Assembly (NCBI GenBank): GCA_041662965.1
Contig: JBAZRI010000001.1
Span: 227,680-291,679, forward strand
DNA length: 64,000 nt
Direction of reading: 5' to 3'
From: Patescibacteria group bacterium
GTDB lineage: Bacteria > Patescibacteriota > Patescibacteriia > Patescibacteriales > GWC2-42-12
A program made the position numbers and the translations under genes. The first letter of the stretch is position 1. Each line of letters opens with the position of its first letter. Of this stretch, positions 53,297-59,848 are shown piece after piece. The notes beneath the pieces are model-generated. The model ran no database searches and was not told the origin of the DNA. It saw nothing but the letters and a program-made list of their open reading frames with translations.

Positions 53297-53740
53297 TGTC
53301 ATCCCGAGTGAGCGCATCTGCCAATCGGCAGATGAGCGACGAGGGATCTCGTTAAATGCAATAATGTAAATTATAAAAAATCTATTATTAAGTCTTTAAA
53401 TATTAAGTTGTTACTTTTTATTAAGTTTATTTTCTTTTCTCTGCGCCAGCCTTTTAATTCTTTTTCTCTGGAGATGGCGTAGCTAATATCATTAAATATT
53501 TCATAATAAACTAATTTATTGATATTGTACTTCGCGGTAAAACTTTTTGGAAATTTTTTATTTTTATGTTCATAGCAGCGGTTCAATAGATTATTGGTAA
53601 CTCCGATATAAAATCGTTTATTATTGATGTTAGTTAAAATATAAATATAGTAAGTATATTCTTTCATCTTTAAATTATATTATCATTTTATCGCGCTTTG
53701 CCGAGATCCCTCTGCCGCTGAAGCGGCATTCGGGATGACA
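53297..53740 (-). mobile_element. GIY-YIG gene bracketed by inverted TGTCAT-hairpin termini (candidate autonomous element, copy 1)
   Basis: TGTCATCCCGAGTGAGCGCATCTGCCAATCGGCAGATGAGCGACGAGGGATCTCG (53297-53351) and CGAGATCCCTCTGCCGCTGAAGCGGCATTCGGGATGACA (53702-53740). Confidence 0.65.
53371..53667 (-). CDS. GIY-YIG nuclease family protein (98 aa)
   Basis: YYIYILTN..RFYIGVTNNLLNRCYEHKN ... AISREKELKGWRREKKINLIKS. Confidence 0.8.
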   Translation of the reverse strand: MKEYTYYIYILTNINNKRFYIGVTNNLLNRCYEHKNKKFPKSFTAKYNINKLVYYEIFNDISYAISREKELKGWRREKKINLIKSNNLIFKDLIIDFL

Positions 53741-53743
53741 TTA

Positions 53744-55201
53744 TTATTTCGGCCGCATCAGCGGGAAAATTTGGCATTCTCTCATGGATCTGTCCATTAA
53801 AAAAGCAAAGACGCGCTCCGACATGCCAAAGCCGCAAGCCGGCGGCATGCCGTATTCTAAAGCTTCCACAAATTCAGCATCAAACATCTGGGCTTCTTCG
53901 TCCCCTGCTTCCCTTAATTTAGCCTGCTCTTTAAATCTTTCAACCTGGTCTAAAGGATCATTAAGCTCGCTATAGCCGTTGCCTAGTTCCGAGCCGGCGA
54001 TAATCACCTGAAATCTCTGGCTTAATTCCGGATGTTTCTCATCGCGCTTAGCCAAAGGCGAGACTTCAATCGGCACGCCGGTTAAAAAGCCCGGGCCGGT
54101 GATTTGCTTACGGCAATATTTCCATAAATTATCAATGGCGCGAGTTTTATTAAAGCCTTTTTTATCATATTCCACGCCCAGTTCTTTTAGTTTTTTTTCA
54201 ATCTGTTTTATATCCGTAGCTAAAATATCAACGCCCGTATATTTTTTTACGGTTTCGCGGTAATCATAGCGCTCCCAGGTTTTCCCCAAATCAACTGCAA
54301 AATTTTTAATTTTAAATTTAAGCGCGCCGAAAGTTTCCTCGGCCGCGTATTTAAACAGCTCTTCAACCAGTTTCATGCCGGCTTCATAATCGGCGTAGGC
54401 CCAATAAAATTCCATATGCGTGTAATCCTGCAGATGCTCGGCGTCCATGCCTTCATTGCGAAAAACTCGCCCAATCTCAAAAGTTTTTTCAAAACCCGCG
54501 ATCATCAGCCGTTTTTGCCATAATTCGCCGGCGCAAATACGCAGATAAACATTCATATCCAAAGCGTTATGATGAGTTAAAAAAGGCCTGGCGTCGGCGC
54601 CGCCGGCGGTATTCTCCAGGACCGGAGTTTCAACTTCCAAAAAATTTTTCTTAATTAAAAAATCCCGGATAGACTGCCAAAATTTCGCGCGTTTTATAAA
54701 TATGTCTTTTACCTCGCTGTTAAATAAAATATCCAAATAGCGTTTTCTCAATAGCTCTTCTTCGTCCGATAAACCGTGCCATTTTTCCGGCAGGGGCCGG
54801 ACGGCTTTGGCTAAGAGCCGCCAATCTTTAACCATAACGCTTTTTTCACCGTTATGGGTTAAAAAGGCCGTGCCGGAGATTTGCGCGAAATCGCCGATGT
54901 CAACGTATTTTGAAAATATTTTATAGCTCGAGTCGCCAATTTCTTTTTTAGAAAAAGCCAGCTGGATTTTACCGCTACCGTCTTCCAGATGGGCGAAAGT
55001 AAGATTGCCGTGGGCGCGCAGGCTTCTTAGCCGGCCGGCTAATTTCAATTCAACTTCGCCTGATTGCAATTTTTCAAAATCAGCCAGAACGTTATTCACA
55101 AAGATATTCTTTTCCGCTTTGGCCGGGTAAGGGTTGACGCCTAATTTTTTTAATTCCGCTAATTTTTTAAGCCGGTCCTCGCGCTCGCTTGTTTTTATCA
55201 T
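53744..55201 (-). CDS. lysS: Lysyl-tRNA synthetase, class II
   Basis: OB-fold N-domain. FLEVETPVL, FRNEGMD, and GGFGMSERVFAFL-type motif 3 (ACGFGMSERV). Confidence 0.95.
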   Translation of the reverse strand: MIKTSEREDRLKKLAELKKLGVNPYPAKAEKNIFVNNVLADFEKLQSGEVELKLAGRLRSLRAHGNLTFAHLEDGSGKIQLAFSKKEIGDSSYKIFSKYVDIGDFAQISGTAFLTHNGEKSVMVKDWRLLAKAVRPLPEKWHGLSDEEELLRKRYLDILFNSEVKDIFIKRAKFWQSIRDFLIKKNFLEVETPVLENTAGGADARPFLTHHNALDMNVYLRICAGELWQKRLMIAGFEKTFEIGRVFRNEGMDAEHLQDYTHMEFYWAYADYEAGMKLVEELFKYAAEETFGALKFKIKNFAVDLGKTWERYDYRETVKKYTGVDILATDIKQIEKKLKELGVEYDKKGFNKTRAIDNLWKYCRKQITGPGFLTGVPIEVSPLAKRDEKHPELSQRFQVIIAGSELGNGYSELNDPLDQVERFKEQAKLREAGDEEAQMFDAEFVEALEYGMPPACGFGMSERVFAFLMDRSMRECQIFPLMRPK

Positions 55202-55270
55202 ACGAATTAACTTATAAATTAATGTTGATATTTTACCCTAATTTAACCTAAAAGTCAAAATAAAAGCCAA

Positions 55271-55304
55271 ATAAAAAATAAGCTTCTCACAAAGCTTATT
55301 TTTA
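55271..55304 (-). terminator. Terminator of greA
   Basis: AATAAGCTT-ctcaca-AAGCTTATT with a T run on the minus strand. Confidence 0.65.
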
Positions 55305-55319
55305 GAATACCGCTGATAT

Positions 55320-55778
55320 TTATTCAACTTTTAAAATTTCATAAATTACATTGCCCCGAGGCGTGTTAACCGTTATTTTTTCACCCTTCTTTTTTCCGAG
55401 CAAAGCTACGCCCAAAGGCGATTCATTGGAAATTTTGCCTTCGCCTGGGTTAGCTTCGTTAAAGCTGACGATAGCAAACTCTTTGGTTTTGCCTTCGCTT
55501 AAGGCGGTTACTTTTGAGCCCATGCCGACCTTATGCTTATCGCCGTTATTCTGCACGATGGTAACGTTTTTTAATAAAGCCATCAGCTCGCCGATCCGCC
55601 CGTCGTTAAAAGCTTGCTCATCTTTAGCTTCGGCATATTCGGCGTTTTCGCTTAAATCTCCAAGTTCTTTAGCCGTTTCAATCCGGCCGGCGATTTCCAG
55701 CCTTTTAGGGCCAAGCCTTTCGTCAAGCTCTTTCTTTAATTTATCATAGCCTTCTTGGGAAATGATTTGGTCGGGCAT
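55320..55778 (-). CDS. greA: Transcription elongation factor GreA
   Basis: GDLSENAEY.AAK.EQ, plus the C-terminal ISNESPLGVALLGKKKGE. Confidence 0.9.
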   Translation of the reverse strand: MPDQIISQEGYDKLKKELDERLGPKRLEIAGRIETAKELGDLSENAEYAEAKDEQAFNDGRIGELMALLKNVTIVQNNGDKHKVGMGSKVTALSEGKTKEFAIVSFNEANPGEGKISNESPLGVALLGKKKGEKITVNTPRGNVIYEILKVE

Positions 55779-55859
55779 AATGTTTATTAAATTAGAAGTA
55801 AAATTATATAATCTACAATATACAGGAAGTTTAAAATTTGCGCAAGAGCGTTGTTCGCG

Positions 55860-57362
55860 CTAAAAATTATTTTTTAATTTTAAATTTTCCAGCATAACCG
55901 CGGCGATGATTAGGCAGCCGATGCCTAAAGGATGGTTAACGTACGGGCTGAAGATATTAACCGCCAAGACGACTATTAAGCCGGCGGCTAATGACAAGGA
56001 ATAATATGAGCCTATTTTAAAGCCGTCAAAAATAAGCTTGGCAAATAAAGCTAAATAAGCCAATAAGCCGAAAATTCCCAATTTCAGCCAAACATCAAGC
56101 CAGCCCCATTCAAAAGCATAAGTCGTGTATTCACCTTTTAAATTAGCGCTTAAAACGCGGGGATCGCTGCTGATATAAGTTACCGTGGCGCCAAAGCCTT
56201 GGCCTAAAATCGGCGCGGCTTTAATTTTCTGCCATAACGGCGGCAAAAGCTGCCACCTTGAAGAAGCGCCGGCCTCATCAGTAATTTGCGTGGCTCGGTC
56301 GCTTAATAAATTCGTGGCGTTAAAATCTCCGGCCGGCGCCGGGTAAGGAAATTTTATAATAAAAAAAGTTAAGGCCAGGCTTAAAATTATAACAGCTAGA
56401 GCCAGCAGGTTAAAAACGATAAATTCTTTTAACTTGGTTTTTAATTTAAAAATCATGGCCAGCCAAACGGATAAGCCGCCGGCCGCTAGCCCCAGCCAAA
56501 AGCTTCGCGAAAAACTGACTATGATGATTGATAATAATAAAGAGGCCAAGCCGATTAATTTAAGACTTTGTTTATTTAAGGCGGTATGTTTTTCCGCTAA
56601 ATTTTTCAATAAATAAAACAGCAGAATAAAAAAGCCGATTAAAACAAAAATATGCGATTGCATAAATATCCGGTTGAACCCGGGAACGACTTGGGTTATC
56701 TCCCCGACTCCGCTGCGGCGCACCCAAAGGTAAAGATCCGGAATAAAAAAATTAAAACTATGGGAAAAAATATAAGCTAAAATAATCGTTTTTACGCTAA
56801 GCCAGCTTATGGACGCTAAAAATATTTGCTTAACAATGTTTAAATTATCGTCAGATCGCAAAAGGGAAAATACCGGAAAAACCAATAAAAAATACAGCCA
56901 ATTGTTAAAATCAAAAAAGATATTGTTTAACGAATTATTTTTTAAAAAGCCGCTTACTGCGCCTAGAGCGATGAAAATAAATAAAGCTGAAAAATAAAAT
57001 AAATAAGGCGAACGGAAAAAATTTAATTCCAGCTTTTTTGTTTTTACCGATTTAATTACGGTTCCGGCCAGCCAAACCGACATAACAATCAGCCAGAGCG
57101 CGATGCGGATGGAAATTTTAAAACCGCCGGTTTCAAAATAGAATAAATAACCGAAAGAGCTGATTAACAGTTCGGCTAATAATATATATAAGCCATATTC
57201 CAGCCGGTATAATGATAAGATTAAAACCAGAGCTATTATAATAAAAAACGCGGTAAAATTAACCGCCGGATAATAATAGCCTAAAAATGATAATATTTCG
57301 GCTAAGATTATCAGTAAAAAAATTAACCGTAAATTTTTATTTAAAATACCATTTATTGACAT
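55860..57362 (-). CDS. O-antigen-ligase-like polytopic membrane protein
   Basis: At least 10 TM segments, an SFSRSFWLGLAAGG motif, and a large outward loop near the C-terminus. Confidence 0.5.
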   Translation of the reverse strand: MSINGILNKNLRLIFLLIILAEILSFLGYYYPAVNFTAFFIIIALVLILSLYRLEYGLYILLAELLISSFGYLFYFETGGFKISIRIALWLIVMSVWLAGTVIKSVKTKKLELNFFRSPYLFYFSALFIFIALGAVSGFLKNNSLNNIFFDFNNWLYFLLVFPVFSLLRSDDNLNIVKQIFLASISWLSVKTIILAYIFSHSFNFFIPDLYLWVRRSGVGEITQVVPGFNRIFMQSHIFVLIGFFILLFYLLKNLAEKHTALNKQSLKLIGLASLLLSIIIVSFSRSFWLGLAAGGLSVWLAMIFKLKTKLKEFIVFNLLALAVIILSLALTFFIIKFPYPAPAGDFNATNLLSDRATQITDEAGASSRWQLLPPLWQKIKAAPILGQGFGATVTYISSDPRVLSANLKGEYTTYAFEWGWLDVWLKLGIFGLLAYLALFAKLIFDGFKIGSYYSLSLAAGLIVVLAVNIFSPYVNHPLGIGCLIIAAVMLENLKLKNNF

Positions 57363-57421
57363 TCTGTTTAATATTAGTTAAAGTTATTTTAAATAACCGA
57401 TGGAAATAAGGAGGGTAATTT

Positions 57422-57478
57422 ATGAGGATATGGCGGCTCTTTTCAATCGTAGTTATTATTTCTTGGCTAATAGGCTAA
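57422..57478 (+). CDS. Possible 18-aa hydrophobic micro-ORF (MRIWRLFSIVVIISWLIG)
   Basis: Strong SD AAGGAGGG 6 nt upstream. Not in the supplied track. Hand-translated. Confidence 0.2.
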   Translation: MRIWRLFSIVVIISWLIG

Positions 57479-57540
57479 TTATATAATTTATTTTATTTAA
57501 ATTCATCTAAAAATTTTTACCCAAACAGAAGGAGGGGCTA

Positions 57541-57801
57541 ATGGAAAAAAGAAAAAGTATTATAGAATCGATTATTGACACTGCGTGTGAAAATTTCATA
57601 AGACGGATAGAACTCATGGCTGAATTTGAATCTCAGGCAGAGCGATCTTCAAAAAAAATTATGCCTGAGCCTTGCGCAGCATGCGGCTGTAATTTCTATG
57701 TTATTAGCGAATCATGCTTAATAACTGATATTTTTTGTTCTCAAGATCCACAAAATAATCAGAAAATCATGGTATGCGCTGACTGTGGCGAGCCAATTTA
57801 A
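57541..57801 (+). CDS. Small Cys-rich (zinc-ribbon-like) orphan protein (86 aa)
   Basis: SD AAGGAGGGG 3 nt upstream. Contains CAACGC ... CADCGEPI. Confidence 0.45.
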   Translation: MEKRKSIIESIIDTACENFIRRIELMAEFESQAERSSKKIMPEPCAACGCNFYVISESCLITDIFCSQDPQNNQKIMVCADCGEPI

Positions 57802-57833
57802 ATGGCTCTTAAATTGTTTATTTATCCTCCGGT

Positions 57834-57860
57834 TTATTTTAAAAATTGGAGGATTTTTTA
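57834..57860. terminator. Bidirectional terminator
   Basis: ATCCTCC-ggtttattttaaaaatt-GGAGGAT followed by ttttt. Confidence 0.65.
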
Positions 57861-58553
57861 TTATAGGTTATGCTTTTGCTTGATTATGGCCATGGCTTGA
57901 TTGTATTTTTTAACCCGGGGCAGCCAGGGAAATAGTTTATAAGCGCAGGACGGCAGCCAGCCGCTCATAGTCTGCGTGCCGCCTAAGGCAAGCTTAAAAA
58001 GAATTTGGTCGGCGAAAACTCCCGTATGGCCCTGTTCCAGCATAGTCAGCCAAAGATCCCAGTCTTGGAATTTTTTTATAGCTTCGTCAAAGCCGGGAAA
58101 ATGCTCGCGCTTGATTAATGAAGTTGTAGTGATGTAAGGCATCTCTTTAAGCTTCTCGGCGTCAAACGGCCAAAGCTTGAATTTTTTACGGCCCCAGATA
58201 AAAGACGAATAGCAGAAGCTGGCGCTTAGGTTATTTTTTAAAGTTTTCAGCATCACTTCAAGCATAAACGGCTTCATGACAGCGTCGGCGTCGCAAAAAA
58301 TTATATATTCTCCGCCGGCTAATTTAGCGCCTTTATTCCTGGCCGCGGCCGCTCCCCTGTTTTCCTGCTCGGTGTAAGATAATTTCAAGCCGAAAATTTG
58401 CTTGAATTTTTCAATCACTTTAATTATATTATCCGTTGAGCCGTCGTCAACCACGATAATTTCATAATTACCGTAAGTTTGTTTTTTAATGCCGGCTAAG
58501 CAATTAGCCAGATGTTCGGCCTGATTATAAACCGGGATAATAATGCTTATCAT
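57861..58553 (-). CDS. Glycosyltransferase family 2
   Basis: ISIIIPVYNQAEHL, VVDDGSTD, CDADA. Start moved to MISIII because the tracked N-terminus (to 58649) is repeat-encoded. Confidence 0.85.
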   Translation of the reverse strand: MISIIIPVYNQAEHLANCLAGIKKQTYGNYEIIVVDDGSTDNIIKVIEKFKQIFGLKLSYTEQENRGAAAARNKGAKLAGGEYIIFCDADAVMKPFMLEVMLKTLKNNLSASFCYSSFIWGRKKFKLWPFDAEKLKEMPYITTTSLIKREHFPGFDEAIKKFQDWDLWLTMLEQGHTGVFADQILFKLALGGTQTMSGWLPSCAYKLFPWLPRVKKYNQAMAIIKQKHNL

Positions 58554-58562
58554 ATTGTTATT

Positions 58563-58654
58563 TGTCATTGCGAGCGACCGCAGGGAGCGCGGCAATCTCA
58601 CATACGTGGGATTTAACCAGAGATTGCTTCGTCGCTGCGCTTCTCGCAATGACA
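58563..58654. repeat. TGTCAT-hairpin palindromic element, ORF-less copy between GT4 and GT2
   Basis: TGTCATTGCGAGCGACCGCAGGGAGCGCGGCAATCTCACATACGTGGGATTTAACCAGAGATTGCTTCGTCGCTGCGCTTCTCGCAATGACA. Confidence 0.85.
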
Positions 58655-59803
58655 GTGAGAGAATGTTATTGCTTTATATATTTTTTTAATCTGTTTTTCC
58701 CAATTAAATTCTTTGATCGCTCGCTCTCTCCCCTGCTCGCCTAATTTTTTTCGCAGTCCGGGATCCCGGGCTAATTTAATGATAGCCGAAGCGATTTGCT
58801 CCGTATCTTCGGGATCAACTAAGAGGCCGTTTAAGCCGGCTATTACGGCGTCGCCGACTCCGCCGCTTTTGCCGGCTATTACCGGCTTGCCGGCCAGATT
58901 AGCTTCCAGATAAACTAGGCCAAAGCCCTCAAAATCGCCGTTAATATTTCGGCTAGGCATAATAAAGATGTCGCTGGCATTATACCAATTATCGCGCTCC
59001 TTGTCCGTAGCTTGATTTATTATTATAACTTGTTTTTCCAATCCCAAATTTGAAATTTGAAATTTTAAATTTTTTAATTCGGCTCCGCCGCCTAAAATAA
59101 TATAAATTAAATTCGGCGCTTGTCTTAGCGCTTCCGGCAGAGCTTCTATGACTTTATCAAAACCTTTGCGTTTTACCAGCCTGCCGACCGATAATAAAAT
59201 TATTTTATCGGTTAAATTATATTGTTTTTTTAAAGCAGAAATTTTTTCCGGCGCCGCCGGCCGCGCCGGCTCAATCGCCGGGTTAACGACGGCTATTTTA
59301 TCCGCGCTTAACGGGAAAAATTGTTTGGTTAAATTCGCCGTGTAGCCGTTTAAGCAAATTATTTTATGGGTATTAGATAAAATTTTTTTAGCCAGCCATT
59401 TTTTTCTGGGTTTCTTCAAGGCGTAAGTTAAATCCATGCCGTGTAAAAATACCGAATATTTTATTTTAAAAAATTTGGCGCAAATCAACGCGGCCGCGCC
59501 TAAGGGCAAAATTTGGCCGACTAAAATATGCTCGATTTTTTCTTGTTTTATTTCCCGCCGCAAAGCGAAATAAGCCGGCAGCCATTTTAACAGCGGCAGT
59601 TTATTATTAATCAAGCGCCCATCCTTGTTATCAAGCACGGAAATTTCGTCCGGCTTGGGCTTGCCCTCCGACTTGTCCGCCAAAGCTTTAGCGTCGGTGG
59701 AAGCTTTAGCGAAGGAGGGCCAGTATTTTACCAGATTACCGTAATAATTGGCCACGCCGCCATGAAACGGCGGATATTCTAATGTAAATAATAGAGTTTT
59801 CAT
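58613..59803 (-). CDS. Glycosyltransferase family 4 whose last ~14 codons and stop lie inside a palindromic repeat; also carries an internal repeat-encoded insert
   Basis: GFGLVYLEANLAGKPVIAGKSGGVGDAV motif. The C-terminus ...FSHCHCEKRSDEAISG is repeat-encoded. The FAKASTDAKALADKSEGKPKP insert lies near the N-terminus. Confidence 0.8.
   Translation of the reverse strand: MKTLLFTLEYPPFHGGVANYYGNLVKYWPSFAKASTDAKALADKSEGKPKPDEISVLDNKDGRLINNKLPLLKWLPAYFALRREIKQEKIEHILVGQILPLGAAALICAKFFKIKYSVFLHGMDLTYALKKPRKKWLAKKILSNTHKIICLNGYTANLTKQFFPLSADKIAVVNPAIEPARPAAPEKISALKKQYNLTDKIILLSVGRLVKRKGFDKVIEALPEALRQAPNLIYIILGGGAELKNLKFQISNLGLEKQVIIINQATDKERDNWYNASDIFIMPSRNINGDFEGFGLVYLEANLAGKPVIAGKSGGVGDAVIAGLNGLLVDPEDTEQIASAIIKLARDPGLRKKLGEQGRERAIKEFNWEKQIKKIYKAITFSHCHCEKRSDEAISG
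59663..59720. repeat. GCCCTCC...GGAGGGC palindromic repeat inside the GT4 CDS
   Basis: gccctccgacttgtccgccaaagctttagcgtcggtggaagctttagcgaaggagggc. A related sequence (gcccgcctcgctaaagctatggcggacaagccggc) lies at 25675-25712. Confidence 0.65.
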
Positions 59804-59816
59804 TTTAGATTGCCTG

Positions 59817-59847
59817 GACGTCCGACGTCCCCGGGACGTCGGACGTC
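59817..59847. repeat. 31-nt perfect GC-rich palindrome between wzx-like and GT4
   Basis: GACGTCCGACGTCCCCGGGACGTCGGACGTC. Confidence 0.8.
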
Positions 59848-59848
59848 T

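Noticed and set aside
58554-58649. The N-terminal 32 residues of the tracked GT2 ORF (MREAQRRSNLWLNPTYVRLPRSLRSLAMTNNN).
   Set aside because: They are encoded by the palindromic repeat. The genuine GT2 N-terminus MISIIIPVYNQ starts at 58553. The same logic was applied to 53291-53317 and 2033-2071.
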